From an uncultured Pseudomonadales bacterium (GTDB lineage Bacteria; Patescibacteriota; Microgenomatia; UBA1400; MFAQ01): a DNA stretch of 64,000 nucleotides. The first letter of the stretch is position 1. Each line of letters opens with the position of its first letter. The position numbers and the translations under genes are program-made. The notes under the pieces are model-generated. The model had not been told where the DNA came from. It saw nothing but the letters and a program-made list of their open reading frames with translations, and did no database searches. Of the stretch, positions 38,937 to 48,338 are shown piece by piece. Location: assembly GCA_964429015.1 (NCBI GenBank), contig CAYSAM010000002.1, positions 25,158-89,157 of the forward strand. Direction: 5' to 3'.

Positions 38937-39907
38937 TTTTTAAAAACTAAATTTTTTATAACTTTTACTAAATTTTCACTAGTTAAACCATATTTTTTCA
39001 TCAGCTCTTCTGGTTCTCCACTCTCCCCAAAACCATCAACCATTCCCAACCTTACCATCTCAGTTGGGCATTTTTCTGAGAGAACTTCTGCTACTGCACT
39101 ACCCAAGCCACCAATTATGGAGTGCTCTTCAGCCGTTACCACCTTTCCAGTTTTTTTAGCCGAACGCACAATCGCCTCAACATCAATAGGTTTAATAGTG
39201 TGTATGTTAATTACCTCTACCTCTATAGTTCCAGCCAATTTTTCCGCAGCAACCAAAGCTTCATAAACCATACTTCCACAAGCAAACACGCTGATGTCTT
39301 TACCACCCCTCAACACTTGCGCTTTACCAAACTCAAAAGGCGTTTCATTTGTTGTAAATACTTCTCTGGCGGGCTTAGTCATTCGCAAGTAACATGGTCC
39401 CTGTTTTTCATTTATAGCCCAAACCGCTTTTTTAACTTGTTCATAATCAGCAGGCACCACAATATTCATGTTAGGTAACACTCTAGTCAAAGCAATGTCT
39501 TCAAAACTTTGTTGATTGGCTCCATCTGCCCCATTTCCAAATCCACTATGCCCTCCCACAATTTTTACATTTTCTTTAGTCAAACAAACTGATACTCTAA
39601 TTTGGTTCCAATTGTTTCCAGGATTAAAACAAGCAATCGAGTTTACAAAAGGCGTCATCCCACTCATCGCCATTCCCGCCGCTATCCCCATCATATTTTG
39701 CTCTTGTATCCCTACCTCAATAAGTCTGTCAGGAAACTCGCGTTTAAAACTCTCAAGCTTCAAACTATCAAGCAAATCAGCAACAAGAGCCACCACCTTC
39801 TTATCTGTTCTCGCAATTTCCACTATGGCCTCACCATAACCATCCCTCATCGGCTTCTTTGTTACCTTCCCAAAATCCACCACCAAATTCATATTTTGAT
39901 TCAACAT
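38933..39907 (-). CDS. transketolase, C-terminal subunit
   Basis: GIQEQNM, IKPID, EEHSIIGGLG, FGESG. Confidence 0.93.
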   Translation of the reverse strand: MLNQNMNLVVDFGKVTKKPMRDGYGEAIVEIARTDKKVVALVADLLDSLKLESFKREFPDRLIEVGIQEQNMMGIAAGMAMSGMTPFVNSIACFNPGNNWNQIRVSVCLTKENVKIVGGHSGFGNGADGANQQSFEDIALTRVLPNMNIVVPADYEQVKKAVWAINEKQGPCYLRMTKPAREVFTTNETPFEFGKAQVLRGGKDISVFACGSMVYEALVAAEKLAGTIEVEVINIHTIKPIDVEAIVRSAKKTGKVVTAEEHSIIGGLGSAVAEVLSEKCPTEMVRLGMVDGFGESGEPEELMKKYGLTSENLVKVIKNLVFKK

Positions 39908-39916
39908 TTTGAGTTT

Positions 39917-40756
39917 TTAATCATTACTAACCCTCCCATCCAAAGTTCTTACTTTTCTAATTTCCAAAAGCGCTTGTACCGTTTCCCCAATTCCAGGAGC
40001 TCTACCATGCCAGTTATAATCATTCTCCATAAAATTCACCCCTTTACCAGGTATTGTTCTCAAAATAATTACACTTGTTCTGTCATGTATTGTTTTTGTT
40101 TTCTCATAAGCACTGGCAATATCTTCAAAACTGTGTCCGTCAACTTCCAAAACAAAAAACCCAAACGCTTCCAATTTTTTATCTAGTGGTTCAAGCGGCA
40201 TAATGTCCTGTGTAAAACCATCAATCTGAATATTATTTCTATCAACTACAAACAATAAATTATTTAATTTAAATTTATTAGCACTCATATATGCCTCCCA
40301 CACCTGCCCCTCATTTTGCTCTCCATCTCCCATAAAACAAATCGTTTTTCGCTTATTCCCTTTCATTTTGTCTACAAGAGCCATACCAACAGCCACACTC
40401 ACGCCTTGACCCAAAGGACCACTGCTACTTTCTATCCCAGGCAATAATCTAGCCACAGGGTGACCTTGCAACCTTGTTCCTGTTTTTCTTAAACTAGTCA
40501 GTTCTTCTTTGGAAAAGTATCCCGCCTCTGCCAAGCTAGCATAAAGTACGGGGCAGTAGTGTCCCGCCGAAAGCACGACTCTATCTCTTTCTTCATTCCA
40601 AGGATCTTTAGGAAAATGTTTAATCTCTCCTCCAAAATAAATCCAAGTAAAAAAATCAGCCGAGCCCAATGCTCCAGCCGGGTGACCAGTCCCCGCCTCA
40701 AGCAGCATTTTTATTATTTCTTCTCGTATCACACTCGCTTTCAATCTCAAATCCAT
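39917..40756 (-). CDS. transketolase, N-terminal (TPP-binding) subunit
   Basis: SAGH, LQGHP, GPLGQG, GDGEQNEG...N, QIDG. Confidence 0.94.
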   Translation of the reverse strand: MDLRLKASVIREEIIKMLLEAGTGHPAGALGSADFFTWIYFGGEIKHFPKDPWNEERDRVVLSAGHYCPVLYASLAEAGYFSKEELTSLRKTGTRLQGHPVARLLPGIESSSGPLGQGVSVAVGMALVDKMKGNKRKTICFMGDGEQNEGQVWEAYMSANKFKLNNLLFVVDRNNIQIDGFTQDIMPLEPLDKKLEAFGFFVLEVDGHSFEDIASAYEKTKTIHDRTSVIILRTIPGKGVNFMENDYNWHGRAPGIGETVQALLEIRKVRTLDGRVSND

Positions 40757-40783
40757 ACATTAATATTACCATCGTCAACTCCT

Positions 40784-40857
40784 CATTTTGAATTCTTGGA
40801 TTCTTGCGAACGGAGTGAGTCCCGTGTATTTGCGCGGGAAGTTCTTGAGTTCTTGAA
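40784..40857. repeat. 8-mer repeat tract (TTCTTGAG-type) interrupted by a GC-rich insert
   Basis: ttttgaa ttcttgga ttcttgcg [aacggagtgagtcccgtgtatttgcgcgggaag] ttcttgag ttcttga. Confidence 0.6.
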
Positions 40858-40860
40858 ATA

Positions 40861-41490
40861 TTATTCCATAAAAGCCGTCTCTCCACTCCCGCTGTCTATA
40901 GGGTGAGCCACGTGTCCATCACGCTCATTATCAAATTCTTCCAAGTACTTTAAAACCATCTCAGGTGTCGTAGCAATTCTATAAACCTTCAAAGAGTCAG
41001 GGCGAGATTCAGCAATCTTCATATTTGCCACCAAGGCTTCCATAATAGGGAACCAAAAATCTCCATACAAAATAAACGGTTTATGGTGACCAAAATAAAG
41101 GTAAGCTAGTCCCCAGGCCATTCCAAATTCAGACAAAGTTCCCGTACCGCCATTAAAGACTACATAGGCGTTTCCAAGCTCAAGAAGCTTCATGGTTCTA
41201 TCTACGTAGTTATTCATAATAATTTCTTTGTCTGCTTTATTAAAGTGATCTTTTCCCTCAAAGTTTTCTATAAACTTTGGGTAAAAAGTTGCCACCGATG
41301 CTACCCCGCCACCCTCATGAGCTCCATCTGTAGCCGCCCTCATCACCCCAGGACCCCCACCATTTACAATTTCCAAACCATTAACGGCCAACAGCCTCGC
41401 CACCTCTTTAGTTTCCTGATACAGCGGGTGGTCTTCAGTACAATCTGCAAAACCAAAAATAGTAATTGCTTTCAAATTCTTAAATGCCAT
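40861..41490 (-). CDS. LOG family protein (Rossmann-fold nucleotide-binding)
   Basis: NGGGPGVM.A...GA...GG, GGTGTLSE. Confidence 0.9.
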   Translation of the reverse strand: MAFKNLKAITIFGFADCTEDHPLYQETKEVARLLAVNGLEIVNGGGPGVMRAATDGAHEGGGVASVATFYPKFIENFEGKDHFNKADKEIIMNNYVDRTMKLLELGNAYVVFNGGTGTLSEFGMAWGLAYLYFGHHKPFILYGDFWFPIMEALVANMKIAESRPDSLKVYRIATTPEMVLKYLEEFDNERDGHVAHPIDSGSGETAFME

Positions 41491-41518
41491 GTTTTTATAT
41501 TATCATCAAATCCATCCC

Positions 41519-42208
41519 CTAAACCCCTCTCAAATTAACTAAATTATCATATTCTTCCTCAACATCAGCAGATTTAAACAAATCACTGCCCACCGCAAAC
41601 TCCATTTTTCCAAAATTTCTATCCAGTTCATCCTCAGATATTTCCTCAGCCCACTCTGCTTCAAAGCATCGCTTAATATCTTTCCCATCAATTCCCCCAT
41701 CAACGATTATCTTTATATTCTTATCTATCTTTCTAATTTCTTTTATTTTCTCTAGTACTTTCTCATCAAAATCTTCTTTCCCTTGTGTTCCAAGTTTAGA
41801 ACTCATAAGTAACACCGCATCCAAATTATTTATTACATCTTCCAAGTCAGTAAGTGGCGTCTCCAATGCATAAGCAAGACCTGCTCTAAGCCCAGCAAAC
41901 TGAGCATCAGCCACAAAAGCTACTTTATCTGTCATCTTCTCCACCTGTCCATAAACTGCTGTTATTCCCGCTTCCACACAACGCTCAATCCAATCGTGTG
42001 GTTCCTCCACCATTAGGTGAGCCTCAAACTCTATTTCAACAGGCAAATCAACTTCCTTAAGTGCTTCAGGAATCACGGTCGTAGCTGGAGCAAATTTTCC
42101 GTCAATAATATCCACTTGCACTCTTTTGGCAAAACCCTTCACTTTTTCTGCCTTATCCAAAAAGGAAGAAATATCTTTTTCTAATATGGCGGGTACAATT
42201 GTTACCAT
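41519..42208 (-). CDS. rpe: ribulose-phosphate 3-epimerase
   Basis: IVPAIL, VDIIDGKF, HLMV..P, LLMS, VDGGI, VGS. Confidence 0.88.
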   Translation of the reverse strand: MVTIVPAILEKDISSFLDKAEKVKGFAKRVQVDIIDGKFAPATTVIPEALKEVDLPVEIEFEAHLMVEEPHDWIERCVEAGITAVYGQVEKMTDKVAFVADAQFAGLRAGLAYALETPLTDLEDVINNLDAVLLMSSKLGTQGKEDFDEKVLEKIKEIRKIDKNIKIIVDGGIDGKDIKRCFEAEWAEEISEDELDRNFGKMEFAVGSDLFKSADVEEEYDNLVNLRGV

Positions 42209-42645
42209 TTTTGTTCTAATTCAATAATTTTTTTAATTCTTCTCGAGTACTTTTCTTCAGCTGATGCCTCAGTATTCAAAAAAATCTCCACCATTTCTTT
42301 TACACCCTCAAAACTTACATAATCAGTCGGTATTGCCAGAGCGTTAATGTTGTCATCAATTCTGCCCTTGCGAACAGCCTCAAGCCCAAACCCCAAGCCA
42401 CACCTAACTCCCTTAAATTTATTTGCTACTATACACATCCCCATTCCGTTACGGCAAAACAAAATAGTTTTATTCCCCTCATTCATTTGCAAAGCAGCCT
42501 TTGTTGCGTAATCTACATAATCATCATCTCCATTTTGCTGATATGCACCAACATCTTCCACCTCGTAACCTTTTTCTTCCAGCAAAGTCACTATTTTTTC
42601 TTTAGTTTCAAATCCTCCATGATCAGCACCAATTATTACTCTCAT
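42202..42645 (-). CDS. rpiB: ribose-5-phosphate isomerase B
   Basis: IGADHGG, DDY, C..G.GM.I.ANK.KGVR; start moved to ATG at 42645. Confidence 0.9.
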   Translation of the reverse strand: MRVIIGADHGGFETKEKIVTLLEEKGYEVEDVGAYQQNGDDDYVDYATKAALQMNEGNKTILFCRNGMGMCIVANKFKGVRCGLGFGLEAVRKGRIDDNINALAIPTDYVSFEGVKEMVEIFLNTEASAEEKYSRRIKKIIELEQKW

Positions 42646-42672
42646 ACCTCCAGTGTACACAATTTGATTAAT

Positions 42673-43113
42673 TTATGCTTGCTCTTCAACGGGTATATAC
42701 ATATAGTGGTTTTTTGAAAACACAACAGGTTCCCCTTTGTCATCCCTAAGTAATTTCAACGCTACCCCATCCAGAGTCAACACGCCGTTAAATGTCAAAC
42801 TCCTCAGTAGGGTTGAACCTTTCGGCCAAGACGATAAGATTGCTTTCTCAACACTCGAATCCAAAATAGACTTAAAATCCCTTATGTTAAATTCTGTCTT
42901 CATTTCTTGACCATGAATTGTAACATCAGCACCAATTTTTTGATCGTATTCAAAAATTCTTTCACCGTTTGTAAAAAATAACCCACCAGATTCGTCTGAC
43001 TTAACTTTTTTTACCATTATATTTCCAGGTAAATGTACTTCAGCTTGTCCATCTTTTTTTGTATGCGCACCCCACGGACCCGGAGTAACTCCATCAAAAT
43101 CAATTATAGCCAT
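42673..43113 (-). CDS. hypothetical protein (146 aa)
   Basis: ORF only; no motif recognised. Confidence 0.6.
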   Translation of the reverse strand: MAIIDFDGVTPGPWGAHTKKDGQAEVHLPGNIMVKKVKSDESGGLFFTNGERIFEYDQKIGADVTIHGQEMKTEFNIRDFKSILDSSVEKAILSSWPKGSTLLRSLTFNGVLTLDGVALKLLRDDKGEPVVFSKNHYMYIPVEEQA

Positions 43114-43167
43114 ATGTCAGTTTCCTCTCTCTCTCTCTTTGTCAACACTTTTCTTGAAACCAAGTAT

Positions 43168-43270
43168 CGTCATTGCGAGGCGCGACTTTAGGTCGGCCGC
43201 GATGCTTCTCAGCAGAGCTAAATGTCGAAATTAGTTTTTGTTGAAGACAAAAATAACTTTCGACCAATCT
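43168..43270. repeat. CGTC-tagged palindromic repeat interrupted by an AT-rich hairpin
   Basis: First about 33 nt nearly identical to the 11372 copy; then GTCGAAA...TTTCGAC hairpin; then CAATC. Confidence 0.7.
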
Positions 43271-43286
43271 ATGCAAATAAACACTC

Positions 43287-43976
43287 CTATTTTTTCAACA
43301 ACTCCATTACCTTTTCATAAGCCTCATTATCACTCACCACCAACCAACCTTCTTCTTTTGCGTGTTTCAATAACTCTTCTGTAGGATTTATACAGATTGG
43401 GTTTTGAACTTTTTCCAACATTCCGATATCGTTTTCCGAGTCCCCAAAAGCAAAATTATTACCACTGCTATATTCAGACAACAAACTCTCCACCACATGT
43501 TTACCATCAGCCAAAGAATTCACAATACTCCCAGTAAAAACCCCATCAACTACTTCAAAATTAGTACACAAATACCCATCCAATCCAAACATTTCCTTTA
43601 CCGCTTCTGCAAACATCTGCGAGTTCGTGGTTACTATATAAATATCATGAGTCTGCTTTAATACCGGAACCAAATCAACAAAATATTTATAAAAATTATC
43701 CTTTGTATCCTCAAAAAATTTCTTCACCAAACCAGAAACTTCGTCAAAATTTTTCCCTTTCAAGGCTTCTCCAAATATCTTAAGTAAATTATTTGCAGTA
43801 ATTGAATACTCCTGGAGTTTACTATTATATTTTTCCAGTTCTGCTTCAATTCTCGGCCAAGTTTCAGCCGTAAATATACCTTTTTCAATTAAGAATTTTG
43901 CTGCGGAAAAAAAAGAATGTTGGTTGTATATTGTTTTATCAATATCAAATAGAGCAATCGACTTTTTTGTACTCAT
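43287..43976 (-). CDS. HAD-IB family phosphatase
   Basis: LFDIDKT, VTT, GK, FGDSENDIGML. Confidence 0.9.
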   Translation of the reverse strand: MSTKKSIALFDIDKTIYNQHSFFSAAKFLIEKGIFTAETWPRIEAELEKYNSKLQEYSITANNLLKIFGEALKGKNFDEVSGLVKKFFEDTKDNFYKYFVDLVPVLKQTHDIYIVTTNSQMFAEAVKEMFGLDGYLCTNFEVVDGVFTGSIVNSLADGKHVVESLLSEYSSGNNFAFGDSENDIGMLEKVQNPICINPTEELLKHAKEEGWLVVSDNEAYEKVMELLKK

Positions 43977-43979
43977 ATT

Positions 43980-44687
43980 TTAAACTCCAAAATCTGTTCT
44001 ACCTTCCTCAACTTTCTTCAGTATTTCCTCAGCTTCGCGCAAACGAATAGTTAGGTTATGAGTTCTGGCAATTTCTACAGATTCTTTAATTCTCACCAAA
44101 GCTTCTTCCTTGTTATTCTCCAGCACACTTGCAATTGCCAATTTGTTCAAACAACCAGTTTCCCATACTCTCGGTGCATAAGTATTCATATCTCCCGTTC
44201 TTATATCCTCAAGTGCCTCTTTAATCTCTTTTATTCCTTCTTCCTTTTTTCCCAATTTGTATTTTATTCCTCCGATGTGAGCTTTAAGATTTCCTTTCTC
44301 ACACCTGTCTGCCGTAGTTACTTCTAGTGCTTTCTCAAAGTATTCAACCGACTCTTGTACCTTTCCACTCATAAGAAGCCCATCTCCGTAACATCGGTAA
44401 CCAATCGCCACGATATAGGGGTTAATCCTCTCTTTGTTTTCTTCAGCAACTTTATAACTCTCATATGCGTAAGCCAAAGTAAGTCTTTTGAACAATTCAC
44501 CACCACTACCAATCTGATGCTTAAAGACTAAACTCATTCCCCCCAAAGCGTGGACCATACCTTCAAAATCATCTGTCTTTACGCAATCAATTAACGCCTC
44601 TGTATACTCTTTCGCCGACTCACCATATTTTTCTTCTTCGCGCAAAGTATTTGCTTTATTAAGCCTCTCTTCCATTTCTTTTGTCAT
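43980..44687 (-). CDS. TPR-like helical repeat protein
   Basis: Repeated TPR-like helices (e.g. YGDGLLMSGKVQESVEYFEKALE); start moved to ATG at 44687. Confidence 0.75.
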   Translation of the reverse strand: MTKEMEERLNKANTLREEEKYGESAKEYTEALIDCVKTDDFEGMVHALGGMSLVFKHQIGSGGELFKRLTLAYAYESYKVAEENKERINPYIVAIGYRCYGDGLLMSGKVQESVEYFEKALEVTTADRCEKGNLKAHIGGIKYKLGKKEEGIKEIKEALEDIRTGDMNTYAPRVWETGCLNKLAIASVLENNKEEALVRIKESVEIARTHNLTIRLREAEEILKKVEEGRTDFGV

Positions 44688-44711
44688 ATGCAATTATAAT
44701 AACACTGATAT

Positions 44712-45854
44712 ATGACAGATCTAAACAAGCTTAAAATTGCCACCATAGCAACTTCATCTCCATTTTGGATAGCAATAATTGTCCTATATCTAAACTCAAG
44801 AGGAATATCTCTGTCAGACGTTTTCAAACTAATAAGTTTTTACCAAATATCAGTGGTTGCTCTAGAGTATCCCACAGGAGTGATTGGAGACCACTTTTCC
44901 CACAAAACATCTGTAACTTTAGGATATCTGTTTTCATCTATCGGGATGCTACTGGCAACATTTCAACTTAGTATTCTTTTTTATTACTTAATTATGGTAA
45001 TTATCGCTCTAGGTGTATCACTTGTTTCGGGAAGCAACACCGCTTTGTTACACAAACTTTCAGAGGACTTTAAAAAAGACTCCGCCTCCCTAAAAAGTAC
45101 AACTATGGCATGGTCACTTATAGCTCTGTCCGTTGGAGGGTTAATCGGAAAATATAGCCTTGTAGCACCAATTTACCTTACCAGCGCTGCTTTCATGGTC
45201 GGTTTTATAACAATGACCTCAATCAACCAATCAGACCACAACAAAAAATCTGGAAATGTTTTTAGCAAAGCAAAAGAAGGAATAATTCACATAAAGAATA
45301 ACAACACCCTAATATCCATTTTAATTCTCAACGCACTAGTATCTGGCATTTTTCTTAGCACAAAGTGGTTCTACAACCCCTTCTTTGAAACTCTAGGAAT
45401 AAATATTTCTTGGTGGGGAATACTTATTAGTCTTGCATCACTTTTAAGTATTGCTGGTGTATTTTTATACAAAAAATTCACAAGCAATAAAATCATAGAG
45501 TATTACGTCTTTCTTATTATTCTATTTGGGCTTACATCCCTACTAAATAGTCGATTTTCAATCGTATCGCTTCCATCACTTATGCTTGCCCATCTTGTAG
45601 GTTCGGGGTACATACAAACATTTTTTGAAGTTAACATCAATAGTCACTTATCAGACTCAACTAGAGCAAGCGTCTTATCTTTCGGCAGTTTACTTATCAG
45701 ATTAACATCCTCAATTTACATTTACGCAACAGGTCTAATCATTGCCAATTACAACCTGTCACATCTATTTATTTTTACAGCAGCAATACTAACAATAATC
45801 GGTTTACCGTTTGTCTTCAAATTAAACTCCAAATTTGATTCTTTGAGTTCTTGA
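44712..45854 (+). CDS. MFS transporter
   Basis: LEYPTGVIGD, SGSNTALL, RASVLS; about 12 TM helices. Confidence 0.88.
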   Translation: MTDLNKLKIATIATSSPFWIAIIVLYLNSRGISLSDVFKLISFYQISVVALEYPTGVIGDHFSHKTSVTLGYLFSSIGMLLATFQLSILFYYLIMVIIALGVSLVSGSNTALLHKLSEDFKKDSASLKSTTMAWSLIALSVGGLIGKYSLVAPIYLTSAAFMVGFITMTSINQSDHNKKSGNVFSKAKEGIIHIKNNNTLISILILNALVSGIFLSTKWFYNPFFETLGINISWWGILISLASLLSIAGVFLYKKFTSNKIIEYYVFLIILFGLTSLLNSRFSIVSLPSLMLAHLVGSGYIQTFFEVNINSHLSDSTRASVLSFGSLLIRLTSSIYIYATGLIIANYNLSHLFIFTAAILTIIGLPFVFKLNSKFDSLSS

Positions 45855-45884
45855 GTTCTTGAGTTCTTGAGTTCTTGAGTTCTT
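45833..45884. repeat. 8-mer tandem repeat (TTCTTGAG)n
   Basis: Four perfect units plus degenerate flanks; contains the MFS TGA stop. Confidence 0.88.
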
Positions 45885-45887
45885 ATA

Positions 45888-46190
45888 TCATTCTATTCCC
45901 AGTTCTGCCTTAACCTCTTCCGAAATAAGCTCCTTACTCCATGGTGGATCCCATACTAGTTCCACATGTAATGACTTCACCTCCTCTATTTCTCCAACTG
46001 CTTTTTTAACCTCACTGTCAATTACAGGAGCCAAAGGGCAACCTGGGCTCGTCAAGGTTAAATCTATCTCCGCTTCTCCTTTTTCAAACCTTACGTCATA
46101 TATAAGCCCCAAAGATACAATATCAATGCCCAGTTCCGGATCTATAACTTTTTTCAACGCTTCCCTAATTTTTTCTTCTACATTATTCAT
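45888..46190 (-). CDS. DUF59/SufT-like metal-sulfur cluster assembly factor
   Basis: DPELGIDIVSLGLIY, TLTSPGCP, LVWDPPW. Confidence 0.93.
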   Translation of the reverse strand: MNNVEEKIREALKKVIDPELGIDIVSLGLIYDVRFEKGEAEIDLTLTSPGCPLAPVIDSEVKKAVGEIEEVKSLHVELVWDPPWSKELISEEVKAELGIE

Positions 46191-46904
46191 CTAAAAAAAT
46201 TTCTCATAATTTATTAATTCTTCTGGCACTTGCTTTTCTCTAAGCCTACTTTTCATTTCTTCAATCATTCTAGTAGACCCACACAAGTACCAAACGCTTC
46301 CTTTTATTTCCACAGCATCCAAATTATCTCCAACATGTCCCTGTTTACCAGTCCACAGAGACTCCGGTTGCGACATATATATTTCAAAATCAAAATTCTT
46401 ATACTTTTCCTTTATTTCTTGTAGCCATTTCTGCCAGTACAAGCCCCTAATAAAGCGAAGTCCCCACCACAAAATCACTTTTCCACCAAATCCATCTAAA
46501 AGCAATTTTTCTATCATCGGTAAAAAGGGGGCAATACCAGTTCCAGTAGCAACAAAATATACTGTTGTCTCCTCCATGGCTTCTGCTTCTTCTAGTACAA
46601 ATCGCCCCAAAAATCCCATCACCTCAACTTCATCACCAACCGACAACTTCTCTAAATATATAGATCCCATCCCACCAGGGCTCACATCCACAAGCAGTCT
46701 TACTGTATTTTTCTGGTAACCGGCAACCGAATAAGAACGTCTAACTCCATTTTCATTTACCTTCAAACTTACATACTGCCCAGGTTTAAACAAGCAAATT
46801 TCGCTAAGCTTAATATCTAGCTCATAAATACTCTCTACAATTAGATCTTTTCTTGTTACCACTCCAATTTGTTTTTTTGGTCCCATTACACTTTTAATTA
46901 TCAT
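46191..46904 (-). CDS. FAD/NAD(P)-binding oxidoreductase (ferredoxin reductase family)
   Basis: FKPGQY, RSYS, GMGS, ATGTGIAP, YLCGS, EKF. Confidence 0.9.
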   Translation of the reverse strand: MIIKSVMGPKKQIGVVTRKDLIVESIYELDIKLSEICLFKPGQYVSLKVNENGVRRSYSVAGYQKNTVRLLVDVSPGGMGSIYLEKLSVGDEVEVMGFLGRFVLEEAEAMEETTVYFVATGTGIAPFLPMIEKLLLDGFGGKVILWWGLRFIRGLYWQKWLQEIKEKYKNFDFEIYMSQPESLWTGKQGHVGDNLDAVEIKGSVWYLCGSTRMIEEMKSRLREKQVPEELINYEKFF

Positions 46905-46906
46905 TT

Positions 46907-47623
46907 TTACTTAACCAAAAAATAAGCAATTCCAAATAAAAACAAAGCCATCACCATTCTCAGTTGTTTGTTGTATTTATGTTCCCATTCTTTCATCTCC
47001 ACCACTTTTTTGCCTCCTGCCATAACGAGCAATATAACAAAAATAGGCAAAATAAATATTAAGTTATAGTACAAAAAGTAAAACAGCACCTGCCACATAG
47101 GCAGACCAGATCTCGCCAAGTAAGAGGTTGTTCCTATATAGACAGGTAACATACAAGGAGTCGAAAACGCTGTAGTCAAAACACCTACTAACACCGCCAT
47201 CGAAGGACCTGCCTTTGCCAAAATTCCATTTATTTTTTCATACCCCTTACTGCTCATTCTTAAGTGAACAGGTAAGTGATCCCAAAACACATCTTTAAAC
47301 TGAATAAGTCCTGCTATTACCAAAATTCCCGCCATTAAATATTTAAATACACTAGCAATCCATAGTCTTTGCAAGTAAAAAGCAAGTCCATAAAAAAACA
47401 ATCCCAATACTAAATATGTAACAAACACACTCACCAAATACACCAAACCCTCCCTCAAAACCCTTGAATTCTTGATTCCTTGAGTTTTTGAGTTCTTTTT
47501 TGGATCGTTCTGCGATCCAAAAACTAAAATATACCCCAAAAAAGTAATCATCATCCCTATTCCACAGGGGTTCAACCCATTTACTAGTGCCGCCCCCGTC
47601 AAAGCCCAAATATTTATTGTCAT
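46907..47623 (-). CDS. CcdA/DsbD-like transmembrane electron transporter
   Basis: Multi-TM with GLNPC and STPC paired cysteines. Confidence 0.8.
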   Translation of the reverse strand: MTINIWALTGAALVNGLNPCGIGMMITFLGYILVFGSQNDPKKNSKTQGIKNSRVLREGLVYLVSVFVTYLVLGLFFYGLAFYLQRLWIASVFKYLMAGILVIAGLIQFKDVFWDHLPVHLRMSSKGYEKINGILAKAGPSMAVLVGVLTTAFSTPCMLPVYIGTTSYLARSGLPMWQVLFYFLYYNLIFILPIFVILLVMAGGKKVVEMKEWEHKYNKQLRMVMALFLFGIAYFLVK

Positions 47624-48261
47624 TACTTTTTATTTAATATTTCTTTAACTTTATCCATAACGAACGGAACTCCTACTTGCTCTCCATTTACAAAAATCGT
47701 TGGTGTTCCCGAAAGTTGCAACCTAGCTGCCAAACTTGCGTCAATTTGTACCATCTCAGCTACTTCTTTGGAGTTCATTGTTTCTTCAAATTTTTTCTCT
47801 TCAAGCCCCAAACTCTTTGCATACTCTACAAACTTTTTCTCCGGGTTTTTAATATCGGACCACTCACTTTGCTTATCAAACATCAAGTCCATCATTTCCC
47901 AACCCTTACCCATTACCCTACCAGCCTCTACCGCTTTAGCCGAAATCAAAGCATATTTATGAACATTTGGAGGGAGAGGAAACTGCCTCATCACCGTTCT
48001 TACTCCTGGCATTGTTTCCAAGTCTTTAAGAGCTTCTTTTGCTGCTTTACATGAAGGGCACTGAATATCCGAAAAACTTACTACTGTTACTTTTGTATCT
48101 CCATTTTCTCGTACAAATCTTGCTCCCTCCAACAGTTGCTGCATGTCTACACTGGTTGCTGTAGTTGTTCCAGAGCTCATTTTTGTTAAGCCAAAAATAG
48201 CCGCCAAAACCACCACCACGCTACCTCCAATTATTAACAAAGTATTTTTTATGTCAGTCAT
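47623..48261 (-). CDS. DsbA-family thioredoxin-fold protein
   Basis: N-terminal TM, FSDIQCPSC, FPL, GTPTIFVNG. Confidence 0.9.
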   Translation of the reverse strand: MTDIKNTLLIIGGSVVVVLAAIFGLTKMSSGTTTATSVDMQQLLEGARFVRENGDTKVTVVSFSDIQCPSCKAAKEALKDLETMPGVRTVMRQFPLPPNVHKYALISAKAVEAGRVMGKGWEMMDLMFDKQSEWSDIKNPEKKFVEYAKSLGLEEKKFEETMNSKEVAEMVQIDASLAARLQLSGTPTIFVNGEQVGVPFVMDKVKEILNKK

Positions 48262-48281
48262 TTTTTTTCACGGTTCCAAAG

Positions 48282-48305
48282 GTAGGGGTTTGATTTATCA
48301 AACCC
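48282..48305. repeat. GTAG-tagged REP-like palindrome
   Basis: GTAG-GGGTTTGAT-TT-ATCAAACCC; single copy in window. Confidence 0.55.
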
Positions 48306-48338
48306 AAGCTACAATCATAACCATTAATTTTATAAATA

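Noticed and set aside
35380-42645. Sugar-phosphate cluster (rpiB, rpe, split transketolase, class I aldolase, PfkB, dehydrogenase) as a novel pathway
   Set aside because: It matches an ordinary non-oxidative pentose-phosphate/glycolysis gene cluster
43123-43139. (CT)n microsatellite as a phase-variation switch
   Set aside because: Short and intergenic; may simply be a purine-rich leader for ORF 42673..43113
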